From positions 10,218 to 74,217 of the forward strand of contig JAQTMQ010000001.1 of NCBI GenBank assembly GCA_028714235.1: a DNA stretch of 64,000 nt. Reading direction: 5' to 3'. The notes under the pieces are model-generated. The model made no database searches and was not told the origin of the DNA. It was given only the letters and a program-made list of their open reading frames with translations. Numbering within the stretch: the first letter of the stretch is position 1; each line of letters starts with the position of its first letter. The DNA is from Candidatus Iainarchaeum sp. (GTDB taxonomy: Archaea; Micrarchaeota; Micrarchaeia; Burarchaeales; Fermentimicrarchaeaceae). Made by a program: the position numbers and the translations under genes. Positions 10,470-19,898 of this stretch are shown here, piece by piece.

Positions 10470-10842
10470 TGCCCTGAGGGAGCTGGTCGAGGACCTCAAC
10501 TCGGGGAAGATGGCGCTCGTAGTCGAAGGGATGCGGGACAGGGACGCGCTTGAGCGCGTCGGAATCCGGCCGGACATCATCTTCACGCCCAACGGCTCGC
10601 CGCAGAGGGCGGCCGAGCAGGTGTCCAGGAAGGGCTTCGCGAAGGCGGCCGTTCTAACCGATTTCGACAGGAGGGGGGAGCTCCTCGTGGAAGACTTCGC
10701 GTCCGAACTGAACGGATACAACGTGGCCCCGGACACGGAGCTGCGGAAGAGGTTCAACGCAATCCTCGGGCTCCGGTTCTTCGAGGAGGCGGCCGCTAAG
10801 GCCATAGAGCTTGACCTGCGGATTAGGAACAGCAGAAGGTGA
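10420..10842 (+). CDS. Small Toprim-domain protein (UPF0292-like)
   Basis: Internal Met start MKTKSL; conserved Toprim E...D.D pattern (MALVVEGMRDRDAL ... AVLTDFDRRGE); ~50-nt overlap with upstream gene, directly upstream of dnaG. Confidence 0.55.
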   Translation: MKTKSLSEYERLEKKANALRELVEDLNSGKMALVVEGMRDRDALERVGIRPDIIFTPNGSPQRAAEQVSRKGFAKAAVLTDFDRRGELLVEDFASELNGYNVAPDTELRKRFNAILGLRFFEEAAAKAIELDLRIRNSRR

Positions 10843-12188
10843 TTTGCATGGGAAAGACGTACATTGACACGGTGAAATACGTTGTTTACGCCGGCCTCGA
10901 GATAGGCGGGCTTGTTGAGAAGCCGGACGTGGTCGGCGCAATCTTCGGCCAGACCGAAGGGCTGGTGGGCGACGAACTCGACCTGCGCGAGCTGCAGAAG
11001 AACGGGAGGATTGGGCGGATTGAAGTCGAGCTGCAGGCGCGGGGCGGAAAGTCCTTCGGAAGGATCCTGCTCCCCTCGTCGCTTGACATGGTCGAGACCT
11101 CCATTCTCGCGGCCGCGCTGGAGACGGTTGACAGGGTCGGCCCCTGCGACGCCACCATCAAGGTTGAAAAGATTGAGGACACGCGCAACGTGAAGAGGCG
11201 CCAGGTCGTCGACAGGGCGAAAAGCCTCCTGAAGAAGCTGCTCACGACCGAGATTCCGGAAAGCAAGGAAATCTCGGAGCTCGTCAGGCAGGAAGTGAAG
11301 ACCGCGGAAGTGGGCGAATACGGCCCTGAAAAGCTTCCGGCGGGCCCCAACCTCACGCAGCAGAACTCGATTGTCGTGGTGGAAGGCAGGGCGGACGTAA
11401 TCAACCTCCTGAAAAACGACATACCGAACGTGGTCGCGGTGGGCGGCGCGACCGTCCCGAAAACGATTGCGGAACTATGCCGCGAAAAGGAGACGACCGT
11501 CTTCCTCGACGGCGACCGCGGCGGGGACATCATCCTCCGCGAGCTTTCGCAGGCGTGCGACATAGACTTCGTCGCGCGCGCGCCGCGCGGAAAGGAGGTT
11601 GAGGAGCTGACGCGCAAGGAGCTCATCAAGTGCCTGAGGTCCCGCGTCCCGGCCGAGCAGGTCGAGGGCGTGATGAGGGAGAGGAACGCGCAGAACGGGA
11701 ACGGCGGCGGGGAGAGGCGCGAATACCGCGAGCAAAGGCCCCAGCGCTCGCAGCAGCAATACCGCGCGCCTCCGGCGGAGCAGGCCGTGCAGGCGCAGCC
11801 GACGCTCGAGCAGAGGATTGAGGGGGGCGCGCCGCAGGCGCTCCCCGGAGAGCCCCAGCCGCCCCAGGCAGAACCGGCGCAGGCCGCCCCTGAGGCGCAG
11901 CCTGCAGTTCCCGAGGAGATGAAGAAGGGGCTGGCAGAGCTGGAGAACACGCTGCGCGCGAGGATTTACGGCGCGGACGGCGCGCTCAAGTCCGAGGTGC
12001 CGGTGCGCGACCTCATCAAGACGATGCAGGATTCGGGCGGTATCGGCGCGGTGGTTCTCGACGGCATCATCACGCAGAGGCTCCTCGACCTCGCGGAGTC
12101 GAACGGCGCCAAGATGCTTCTCGGGGTGAAGCTCGGCAACATCTTCAGGAGGCCGAAGGGAATCGCGATTTACACGAAGTCGGCGTGA
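10839..12188 (+). CDS. dnaG: Archaeal DnaG primase (Toprim) with low-complexity Q/P/A-rich insertion
   Basis: Archaeal DnaG N-terminal domain (GKTYIDTVKYVVYAGLEI), Toprim core (VVEGRADVINLL...FLDGDRGGD), ~100-aa PQA-rich linker. Confidence 0.85.
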   Translation: MICMGKTYIDTVKYVVYAGLEIGGLVEKPDVVGAIFGQTEGLVGDELDLRELQKNGRIGRIEVELQARGGKSFGRILLPSSLDMVETSILAAALETVDRVGPCDATIKVEKIEDTRNVKRRQVVDRAKSLLKKLLTTEIPESKEISELVRQEVKTAEVGEYGPEKLPAGPNLTQQNSIVVVEGRADVINLLKNDIPNVVAVGGATVPKTIAELCREKETTVFLDGDRGGDIILRELSQACDIDFVARAPRGKEVEELTRKELIKCLRSRVPAEQVEGVMRERNAQNGNGGGERREYREQRPQRSQQQYRAPPAEQAVQAQPTLEQRIEGGAPQALPGEPQPPQAEPAQAAPEAQPAVPEEMKKGLAELENTLRARIYGADGALKSEVPVRDLIKTMQDSGGIGAVVLDGIITQRLLDLAESNGAKMLLGVKLGNIFRRPKGIAIYTKSA

Positions 12189-12202
12189 GCGCGCGGCCCC
12201 CG

Positions 12203-12240
12203 CCTCCCCCCGTTTTTTCCTTTTTCTTCCCTTTTTCCGC
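12203..12240 (+). terminator. Pyrimidine/oligo-T-rich tract downstream of dnaG (candidate archaeal terminator)
   Basis: cccgttttttcctttttcttccctttttcc immediately after the dnaG stop. Confidence 0.35.
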
Positions 12241-12306
12241 CATCCCCCGGCCGGGGCGCCGGGGGGGCGCAAGCTAAAAAATCAGCGGCAACCAATAAGC
12301 TACCGG

Positions 12307-13737
12307 ATGCTGGTCCAGTCGAGCACTGCCGAAGTCGCGATTCCCGCAAGCCCGCTAGACCGCGTCATCGGCCAGGACGACGCGGTGAGGATTGCCAGGA
12401 TTGCCGCGATGCAGCGCCGCCACCTGCTTTTGGTCGGCGCGCCCGGGACCGGCAAAAGCATGATAGCGCAGGCGGTAGCGTCGCTTTTGCCGCGGCCGAC
12501 GCAGGAGGTCGCCGTGCTCCACAACCCCGAGAACCCCGAGCGCCCGTTCGTCGAGGTTTCCGCCCCGGACCGCGCGCACGCGAGGCAGAGGAGGCAAAAG
12601 CCGCTGGGCACGTTCGTGCCGGTCAACTCCGTGCCGGTCCGGGTCGCCGAAGAGCTCGGCTTCAGGTGCAGGAGGTGCGCGACCATTTCCGCGTCAAGCG
12701 ACTCGGTCTGCCCGGTGTGCGGGGCGGACAAGTACAGGAGCTCCTCGAGCCCGTTTGACGACCTCATCTATTCGGCAGCCGGCGAAACGAGGAAGGAGCG
12801 GGTCCGCGGGCAGTGGAGGACCGCGGGCGGCGGGGAGGAAATCGTCGTTTTCGAGCGCGGGGAAGGCGGAATGGTCCGCGTCCTGACCGAAGCCGAGTTT
12901 TCGGAAATCGGTAAGGACAGGCGGGCCGCCCCGCGGAAAGTCATCCTGCCGATTGACAGGAACACGTTCGTGCAGGCGACCGGCGCAAGCGAAACCGAGC
13001 TCCTCGGGGACATCAGGCACGACCCCTACGGAGGCCACCCGGAAGCCGGAACGCTTCCCTACCTCAGGGTCGTGCCCGGCGCGGTGCACGAGGCGCACCA
13101 GGGCGTCCTGTTCGTCGACGAGATTTCGACGCTCGGCTACCTCCAGAGGTTCATCCTGACCGCGATGCAGGAGAAAAAGTTCCCGATCACGGGCAGGAAC
13201 CCTTCGAGCTCTGGCGCGTCCGTGCGGGTGGACGGGGTCCCATGCGACTTCATTCTCGTCGCGGCGCTGAACACGAACGACATGTCTTCCCTTCTTCCGC
13301 CGCTCCGGAACAGGATTATAGGGGACGGCTACGAGGTCCTGCTCGCGATGACGATGCCGGACAACGGGGAGAACAGGATGAAGCTCGCGCAGTTCATCGC
13401 CCAGGAAATCAGGAAGGACGGGAAGATTCCGCACGCGTCCGGGGAAGCGGTCGAGGCGCTCGTGGAAGAAGCGAGGGTGCGCGCGAAAGCGATTGACGAC
13501 GCGCACAACTCGCTCACCCTCCGCCTGCGCGGGCTGTCCGGCCTCGTCAAGCTTGCCGGCGACCTCGCTTCCCTCGAGGGCGCGCCCCTCATCACGGCCG
13601 AGCACGTGCGAAAGGCGAAAAAAAAGGCGGTTACGATTGAGGAGCAGATAGGCGCGCGCTTCCAGTCGTGGTGGAAGGCGGGGGAAAGCGATTTCGGGAA
13701 CGTGAAGCAGCGCGGAAACTCGTCCGAAGTCGCCTGA
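12307..13737 (+). CDS. Lon-related AAA+ ATPase lacking protease domain, with zinc-ribbon insertion
   Basis: N-terminus near-identical in pattern to LonB ([36 protein letters not shown]), CxxC...CPVC insert instead of TM helices, no S16 domain. Confidence 0.7.
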   Translation: MLVQSSTAEVAIPASPLDRVIGQDDAVRIARIAAMQRRHLLLVGAPGTGKSMIAQAVASLLPRPTQEVAVLHNPENPERPFVEVSAPDRAHARQRRQKPLGTFVPVNSVPVRVAEELGFRCRRCATISASSDSVCPVCGADKYRSSSSPFDDLIYSAAGETRKERVRGQWRTAGGGEEIVVFERGEGGMVRVLTEAEFSEIGKDRRAAPRKVILPIDRNTFVQATGASETELLGDIRHDPYGGHPEAGTLPYLRVVPGAVHEAHQGVLFVDEISTLGYLQRFILTAMQEKKFPITGRNPSSSGASVRVDGVPCDFILVAALNTNDMSSLLPPLRNRIIGDGYEVLLAMTMPDNGENRMKLAQFIAQEIRKDGKIPHASGEAVEALVEEARVRAKAIDDAHNSLTLRLRGLSGLVKLAGDLASLEGAPLITAEHVRKAKKKAVTIEEQIGARFQSWWKAGESDFGNVKQRGNSSEVA

Positions 13738-13770
13738 TTCTTTAACCTTGGCGCGGAGAAACTAGCGCGT

Positions 13771-13843
13771 GGGCCCGTAGTCGAATGGTCAAGACGTCTG
13801 CCTTACACGCAGAAGACCGCCGGTTCGATTCCGGCCGGGCCCA
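13771..13843 (+). tRNA. tRNA-Val (anticodon TAC)
   Basis: Manual fold: acceptor gggcccg/cgggccc, anticodon stem tctgc/gcaga, loop cTTACac, T-arm gccgg-ttcgatt-ccggc. Confidence 0.8.
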
Positions 13844-13853
13844 TCGCTTTTTT

Positions 13854-14192
13854 TCACGCCTCCACCTCGCCCGTCCGGATGCGGATGGATTTCTTCACGT
13901 CGCAAACGAAGATCCTCCCGTCCCCGATTTTTCCGGTGCGCGCCGAGGAGACGATCGTTTCGAGCGCGAGCTTTTCGCGCTTGTCGTCCACGACGAGCAT
14001 CAGCTCGGTTTTCGGGAGCAGGTCTATCCGCGTCGTGCAGCTCCCCGACTTGAGTTCCAATCCCCTCTGCTCCCCGCGCCCCATGGCGTCGGTCACGGTC
14101 ATTCCCGCAAAGCCTTTCGCCTCGAGAGCGCGCTTGACGTCGCCCGCCTGCTCGGGCCGAATCAAAGCCGTAATCATCTTCATTTTTTTCAC
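13854..14192 (-). CDS. glnK: Nitrogen regulatory protein P-II
   Basis: 112-aa PII signature; immediately downstream of amt. Confidence 0.9.
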   Translation of the reverse strand: MKKMKMITALIRPEQAGDVKRALEAKGFAGMTVTDAMGRGEQRGLELKSGSCTTRIDLLPKTELMLVVDDKREKLALETIVSSARTGKIGDGRIFVCDVKKSIRIRTGEVEA

Positions 14193-14199
14193 CCCCCGC

Positions 14200-15402
14200 T
14201 CATGCGCGTTCCCCGTGAACCGCCAAGTCCATCCCCACGTATTCCTCGTCCTCGGACACTCGGAGCCCCATCGCCTTGTCTACCGCGACGGCAAGAACCA
14301 GCGTCACGATGAACGCGTAGGCCATCGCGCCGAACGCTCCCAGCGCGTTCACGAAGAACTGGTTTGCGTTCCCGTGGACGAGGCCGGAAAACTTGTTCAC
14401 CGCGAGGGTCGCGAGCAGTCCGGTTGCAAGCGCGCCCCAAAGCCCGCCGACCCCGTGAACCGCCCACGCGTCAAGGCTTTCGTCCAAGCCGCTCCTCGTC
14501 CTCATCGCCACCGCGAAAAAGCATGCGGCTCCGGCAACCGCGCCGATGAGAATCGCCTCAAGCGGCCCCACGAATCCGGCGGCGGGAGTGATGGCGACGA
14601 GCCCCGCGACCGCGCCGCCCGCGATTCCAATCGAGCTCGGCTTCCCTTTCGCCCATGAAACGAGGAGCCATGAAAGCGCCCCGGCGGCGGCCGACGTGTT
14701 CGTGACCACCAGGGCGTTTGCCGCGAGGCCCTCCGCCGCGAGCGCGCTTCCCGCGTTGAAGCCGAACCAGCCGAACCACAGGAGCGCGGCGCCCAAGAGG
14801 ACGAGGGGAATGTTGGAGGGCTCCATCGCGTACTTGCCGAAGCCCGACCGCTTGCCTATTACCAGCGCGATTGCGAGCGCGGCGAAGCCCGCGCTTATGT
14901 GGACGACGGTTCCTCCCGCGAAGTCAAGCGCGCCCATCCGCATCGCCCAGCCTCCTCCCCAAACCCAGTGCGCGAGCGGGTCGTAAACGAGCGTGGTCCA
15001 GAGAAGGGCGAGTACGGCAAACGAGGAAAGCTTAACGCGCTCGGCCATGCCCGAAATCACTATCGCCATCGTCACGGCCGCGAACATGAGCTGGAAGGCC
15101 ATGAAGAGGAGCGAGGGGATCGCGGGCGCGTGGCTTGAAGATTCCATCCCTATGCCGTTAAGCCCCGCGAATTCGAGGCCGCCGATGAATCCCCCGATGT
15201 CGGTTCCGAACGCGAGCGAATAGCCGAAGAGGACCCATTGCACGCTCACGATTGCGAGGGCGACGAACGAAAGCGCGATTATGGAGATGAGGTTCTTTTT
15301 CCGGCAAAGGCCGCCGTAAAAAAGCCCCACGCCCGGCGTCATCAGCATGACGAGCGCGGTTGACGCAAGCACCCACGCGGTCGCCCCGCTATCCAAAACC
15401 AT
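14200..15402 (-). CDS. amt: Ammonium transporter
   Basis: 400-aa multi-TM protein of the Amt/MEP family. Confidence 0.9.
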   Translation of the reverse strand: MVLDSGATAWVLASTALVMLMTPGVGLFYGGLCRKKNLISIIALSFVALAIVSVQWVLFGYSLAFGTDIGGFIGGLEFAGLNGIGMESSSHAPAIPSLLFMAFQLMFAAVTMAIVISGMAERVKLSSFAVLALLWTTLVYDPLAHWVWGGGWAMRMGALDFAGGTVVHISAGFAALAIALVIGKRSGFGKYAMEPSNIPLVLLGAALLWFGWFGFNAGSALAAEGLAANALVVTNTSAAAGALSWLLVSWAKGKPSSIGIAGGAVAGLVAITPAAGFVGPLEAILIGAVAGAACFFAVAMRTRSGLDESLDAWAVHGVGGLWGALATGLLATLAVNKFSGLVHGNANQFFVNALGAFGAMAYAFIVTLVLAVAVDKAMGLRVSEDEEYVGMDLAVHGERA

Positions 15403-15437
15403 TCCAAACCACCGTTTTTCCCGTGCGCTTGCCCCGC

Positions 15438-16760
15438 TCAGAGAACTGGAAGGTACCTGTCAAGCTCCCACTGCGAAACCCGCATGTGGCATTCCGTCCA
15501 GTGCCTGCGCTGCGCGGCGAGGAGCTTGGAGTGCACGTGCTCCCCGAGCGCTTCCTTCATGAGCCCGCTTCTCTCGAGCTCGTCCGACGCCTCCATGAGC
15601 GAGCCCGGGAGGGTCCTGATTCCTTTTTGGGCAAGCATCTTGTCGTCAAGCTCGTAAACGTCCTCCTCGACCGGCTCGGGCGGCGCGAGCCCGCGCTTGA
15701 TTCCGTCCAGCCCCGCGGCAAGCATCGCGGCGAACGCGAGGTAAGGGTTGCACGAGGGGTCTGGGCACCTGAGTTCGGCGCGCCTCGCGTGCTCGCGGCC
15801 CTTGATGAACTTCGGGAGGCGGATGAGGGCCGAGCGGTTCGTCGTCCCCCAGCATACGTAGACCGGGGCCTCGTAGCCGGGAACGAGGCGCTTGTAGGAG
15901 TTCACGGTCGGGGCGAGGACTCCCGACATTTCGCGCGCGTGCGCAAGCTGCCCCGCGATGAACGAGTAGGCCGCCTTCGAAAGCTTCCTCGAATCGCCTT
16001 CGTCGTAAAACGCGTTCCTCCCGCCTTTCCAGAGGCTCTGGTGCACGTGCATGCCCGAGCCGTTGACGCCGAAAATCGGCTTGGGCATGAACGAGGCGAA
16101 AAGCCCGCGCCTCATCGCGACCGTTTTCACGAGGGCCTTGTACATCATCACCCTGTCCGCGGTCGCGAGCGGCTCCCCGTACCTGAAGTCAATCTCGTGC
16201 TGGCCCGCCGCGACCTCGTGGTGCCCCATCTCGACCTCGATTCCCACCGCGCCGAGCATGGGAATGATTTCCTTCCTCACTTCAACGGCGAGGTCCAGGG
16301 GGCTCAAGTCGAAATAGCCCGCGGCGTCATGTGGGGCCGCGGCCGGCTTCGCCGGGTCCCCGTTAGTCTTGAAAAGGAAGAACTCGAGCTCCGGACCAAC
16401 CTTGAATTCGAAGCCCGCCTCCCTCGCCTTCGCCAGGGCGCGCTTCAGGACGTGGCGCGGGTCGCCGGCGAAAGGCGTGCCCTCGTCCGAGTAGACGTCG
16501 CACATGACCGTCGCCGTGTCGGGCGAGGCGGGAAGAATCGCGAAGGTCCGCAGGTCGGGCTTGAGCAGCATGTCGCTCTCGAAAATGCGCGCGAACCCCT
16601 CGATTGACGAGCCGTCGAACCACAAGCCGTCGTCAATCGAGCCCTCGAAGTGCTTGGGGGTTATGTCGGTCGCCTTCGCCGCCCCCTGGATGTCGATGAA
16701 CTGGAGGTTCACGAACTTTATTCCCGCGTCATCCATCCTCTTCAGGACGCCCGCCTTCAT
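15438..16760 (-). CDS. glnA: Glutamine synthetase type I
   Basis: GS signatures throughout; true start most likely the internal [27 protein letters not shown] (ORF-track upstream extension is R/S-rich junk). Confidence 0.9.
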   Translation of the reverse strand: MKAGVLKRMDDAGIKFVNLQFIDIQGAAKATDITPKHFEGSIDDGLWFDGSSIEGFARIFESDMLLKPDLRTFAILPASPDTATVMCDVYSDEGTPFAGDPRHVLKRALAKAREAGFEFKVGPELEFFLFKTNGDPAKPAAAPHDAAGYFDLSPLDLAVEVRKEIIPMLGAVGIEVEMGHHEVAAGQHEIDFRYGEPLATADRVMMYKALVKTVAMRRGLFASFMPKPIFGVNGSGMHVHQSLWKGGRNAFYDEGDSRKLSKAAYSFIAGQLAHAREMSGVLAPTVNSYKRLVPGYEAPVYVCWGTTNRSALIRLPKFIKGREHARRAELRCPDPSCNPYLAFAAMLAAGLDGIKRGLAPPEPVEEDVYELDDKMLAQKGIRTLPGSLMEASDELERSGLMKEALGEHVHSKLLAAQRRHWTECHMRVSQWELDRYLPVL

Positions 16761-17142
16761 GCTCCCGTCAGCCTTTTCCGCCACCAAAACCGCCCCCCGA
16801 ATCCCCTGCCTTTGGATGCCCCCGCTGCCCTGCGGCATCCGTGAGTATGCGGTAAGCCTTCTCAACGCTCGCCCCGTCCCCGCTCCTGCGAAAGTCTTCG
16901 AGTAGGCGTATCGCCCTCGAGACGCCGTCCGCGAGCCGCGGCGCCGAGACCGCGCGCTCGAACTCAAGGCGCTTGAAGCCCAACCGCGCCTCCGCAATCT
17001 CCCCGTCCGACTTGCCGATTGACTTGTAGGGGTTTATCATGATTTTCCCTTTTTGACGCCGTTTGGCAGCTAGTTATTTAAGTTTGGTTATAAATAGCAT
17101 CACCAAGCATTGATTTGCGAAACGAATGTTTTGAATTTCTTG

Positions 17143-17157
17143 GAAAACGAGGTTTTC
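17143..17157. promoter_or_regulatory. Perfect palindrome GAAAAC-GAG-GTTTTC in the glnA/lrp divergent region
   Basis: 6-bp inverted repeat with 3-bp spacer ~25 nt upstream of the lrp start, in the AT-rich divergent intergenic region that also has a ttataaata TATA-like box. Confidence 0.4.
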
Positions 17158-17182
17158 ATTTCGAATTTTGGGTGATTTCCGC

Positions 17183-17644
17183 ATGGCTGGAAAACAAACG
17201 TTGGACGAGCTTGACAGGAGGATTTTGCGCGGGCTTGCGGAGAACGGGAGGGTCTCCGCGCGCAAGCTCGGCTCGAAAATCGGGGCGGCGACCTCGACCG
17301 TTTCCGCGCGCATGGCCTGGCTTGAGAGGAGGGGCGTCATCAAGGGCTACGCTGCGAGGATTGACTACGGGAAGCTCGGATACGAATGGGTCGTCCTGGT
17401 TGAGATAATCGCGCGCAAGGGCGGAATCAGGGAGGCGGCCGCGAAGGTCGCGAAGCTGGAAAACGTTTTCGCGGTGTACGACCTCACTGGCGAAACGGAC
17501 TGCATGGCGGTGGCGCGGTTCAAGTCGCGCGCGGAGCTCGACAGGTTCGTGAAAAGCCTGCAGGAGGTCAGGGGAATCGAGCGCACCATCACGCACATCG
17601 TCCTGAACACGGTGAAGGACGAGCCGGATAGCCCCAAGCCGTAG
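17183..17644 (+). CDS. lrp: Lrp/AsnC family transcriptional regulator
   Basis: N-terminal HTH (LDELDRRILRGLAENGRVSARKLGSKIG) plus C-terminal RAM domain; divergent from glnA. Confidence 0.85.
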   Translation: MAGKQTLDELDRRILRGLAENGRVSARKLGSKIGAATSTVSARMAWLERRGVIKGYAARIDYGKLGYEWVVLVEIIARKGGIREAAAKVAKLENVFAVYDLTGETDCMAVARFKSRAELDRFVKSLQEVRGIERTITHIVLNTVKDEPDSPKP

Positions 17645-17688
17645 GCAAAGAAGCCTTTTTAATTCGCATTATCACAAAAATAGCACGC

Positions 17689-17814
17689 GCCGTGGTAGCT
17701 CAGCTGGGAGAGCATTCGGCTGAAGTACGCGCCAGCGGGTTGCGAGGATGCGCCGAAACCCCGCTGGCGGGTTTCGGCACCGAAGGGTCGCAGGTTCAAC
17801 TCCTGCCCACGGCA
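17689..17814 (+). tRNA. tRNA-Phe (anticodon GAA) with ~53-nt intron at canonical 37/38 position
   Basis: Manual fold: acceptor gccgtgg/ccacggc, D-arm gctc-agctggga-gagc, anticodon arm ttcgg-ctGAAg[intron]a-ccgaa, T-arm gcagg-ttcaact-cctgc. Confidence 0.75.
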
Positions 17815-17888
17815 CTTTCTCATTCTTCAAGTTTCGCCATGGTATTTAAGGGTAGTTCCTCTCCAGTCTTCGCGTCAGGAGGGAAACC

Positions 17889-19064
17889 GTGGACGAGGAA
17901 AGCTTCGCCGAAATCTACGCAGACATCGACAACAGGCTCATCAGTGCAACAAAGAGGATTGAGGAAGAATGCGTCGCCGAGAACAGCAAAGCGATTACGC
18001 GCTTCATGGCTTACCTGGACGCCAAAGGAGTGAGCAAGCATCAGCGCCTCAAGTACCTGAACCGAGTTGGCAAAATAGGCCGCCTTTTAGGGAAAACCTC
18101 GTTCAAGAAAGCGGGCCGCAGGGACTATGAACGCGTTGTTTCTGAGTTGCGGAAGAGCGAAGGCGGATGGAGCCTGCACACTGCCTGCGCATGCCTGCGC
18201 GCCTTTTTCCGTTGGTTGTACGAACTCGAGAGCGAAGACCGCCTTCCGGATGCAATCAAATGGTGGAAGCCCGAGAAGCCCGTAAACAGCTTGCGGGCCG
18301 AGGACCTGCTAAGTGAAGTGGAGATAGGGAAGCTTGTTGCAGCCAGCCCGTCCTGGAGTTGGAAGACGCTCATCTCTGTTGCCTACGAATCCGGGTGCAG
18401 ACCGGCAGAGCTTCTCTCGCTTCGCGGCAAGGACGTCGTATTCAACGGGAAGCTGGCAAAGATTTACGTGAGCGGCAAGATGCGCAACAAGATGGGCGAG
18501 CGCAGCGTCCCGGTCGTAAGGAGTTATTCCTTTCTCAAAACGCACGTGGAAACCCTCGCCTCGACCGAAAGCCTGCTTTTTATTGACAAGAAGGGAAAAG
18601 CGATAACGCCGTCGGAATATTGCCACGCCTTGCAGCGCTTCGGAAGGAAAGCCGGCGTGAAAAAGAAGATTACGCCGTACCTGCTGCGGCACTCCCGGGG
18701 GACGCAGCTCTACCGGGATGCCGGCGAGCAGATCGCGAAGAAGTTTATGGGCCACAGCGCGGACAGCCGCATGGCCCGCGTGTACACGCACTTGAACGAC
18801 GAGGACGTTGAGCGCGCGATCATGCGCGAAAACGGTTTGCTTCAGGATAAGAAAACCGAGTTCGCGAAATGTTCCTCATGCGGGAAAGCAGTCGGCTATT
18901 CCGAAAAAATATGCGGCGGGTGCGGGTTTTGTCTTGCTACCGAGGTCGTCTTTCGAAATGAAACGCTAAAGGAGAAAATTATGCGATTATTCTCTAAAGT
19001 TCTAGATAATCCAAAAAAAGCGGAACGCCTGGCGGAACTCCTCGAAAAGGCTAATGCGTACTAA
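17889..19064 (+). CDS. int: Tyrosine recombinase / integrase (paralog 1) with C-terminal zinc ribbon
   Basis: R...HxxR...Y catalytic pattern (LLRHSRGTQL, RVYTHL), C-terminal CSSCG...CGGCGFC. Confidence 0.85.
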   Translation: MDEESFAEIYADIDNRLISATKRIEEECVAENSKAITRFMAYLDAKGVSKHQRLKYLNRVGKIGRLLGKTSFKKAGRRDYERVVSELRKSEGGWSLHTACACLRAFFRWLYELESEDRLPDAIKWWKPEKPVNSLRAEDLLSEVEIGKLVAASPSWSWKTLISVAYESGCRPAELLSLRGKDVVFNGKLAKIYVSGKMRNKMGERSVPVVRSYSFLKTHVETLASTESLLFIDKKGKAITPSEYCHALQRFGRKAGVKKKITPYLLRHSRGTQLYRDAGEQIAKKFMGHSADSRMARVYTHLNDEDVERAIMRENGLLQDKKTEFAKCSSCGKAVGYSEKICGGCGFCLATEVVFRNETLKEKIMRLFSKVLDNPKKAERLAELLEKANAY

Positions 19065-19528
19065 TAAATCAAGCCGTAATCGACGCCGGGATTAACCCCT
19101 AATCTAGTTCGCAGTACCTCATCGGTCTTGAGCTGATTCTTAGTTAACTTTATGATATCTTCAGAAATGTACCAAACAAGATTCGCCTTTGTTCCTTCTA
19201 CTTTTCTTGAGTGTACCCATCCATATTCTTCTAGGGTCATTAAAGCACGTTGGACACGCTGGTAGGACGGAACTCCGGGGTTATATTTCGTCATTATTGT
19301 CGCTGCCTTATCGGGTTCTCTTGACCAGATTGTTGAAAGTACTCTTTTGAATTCTTTATTGCTCATGTCTTCCTTCACCGGGCCTAAAAAACCGAGTAGA
19401 ATTTGTTTAAAGATATAAAATCCATTTACGGCGTATTCTTGACGCAAAAGGTCCCTCATTATCAAGAATTCTATCGCGGTTAAACCCCGCCAGCTGAACT
19501 CATTTTTCGGGGTGGTTCGTCGTTCCAT
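19061..19528 (-). CDS. Winged-helix DNA-binding protein (element-encoded); start uncertain (alt. 19594 includes N-terminal hydrophobic helix)
   Basis: AT-rich codon usage; wHTH-like region (LMTLEEYGWVHSRKVEGTKANLVWYISED). Confidence 0.4.
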   Translation of the reverse strand: MERRTTPKNEFSWRGLTAIEFLIMRDLLRQEYAVNGFYIFKQILLGFLGPVKEDMSNKEFKRVLSTIWSREPDKAATIMTKYNPGVPSYQRVQRALMTLEEYGWVHSRKVEGTKANLVWYISEDIIKLTKNQLKTDEVLRTRLGVNPGVDYGLIY

Positions 19529-19638
19529 ACCAGCAACCACTATCAGTATTAACCAACAAAAAGCTTTTAAACCCCAGCTTATAATAAATTGCATTGTAGA
19601 GCAATAACAAGCAAAAATAAGCAAAACAAGGTGCGTCC

Positions 19639-19791
19639 ATGACGAAAAAAGTAAAGGCGACAACGTTGGACCTTCCGGTTGAAATGATTGCAGACTTACG
19701 GAGACGCAAGGTGGAAACTGGAATTCCTATCGTCCGGCAGGTTTACGACTTGTGGAAAAAATCTGATAGGGGGGAACCAAGTGGAACTTAA
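19639..19791 (+). CDS. Small ribbon-helix-helix (CopG/Arc-like) protein, 50 aa, below ORF-track cutoff
   Basis: Own translation: MTKKVKATTLDLPVEMIADLRRRKVETGIPIVRQVYDLWKKSDRGEPSGT; beta-strand then two helices pattern; divergent from the wHTH gene across an AT-rich promoter region. Confidence 0.4.
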   Translation: MTKKVKATTLDLPVEMIADLRRRKVETGIPIVRQVYDLWKKSDRGEPSGT

Positions 19792-19898
19792 TGACGTTTA
19801 CGGGCGATTAGCCGCGGCATTGGAAAAATTTTCTTCGGCACGCCAAGAACTACCCCCTAACAATAGCAGGAAAGAATTTATGCGGCGGGAGTGATTGC

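Noticed and set aside
15438-16997. 79-residue N-terminal extension of glnA in the ORF track
   Set aside because: Extension is R/S-rich, starts at a non-ATG codon, and conserved GS N-terminus begins at the internal MKAGVLK; used internal start.
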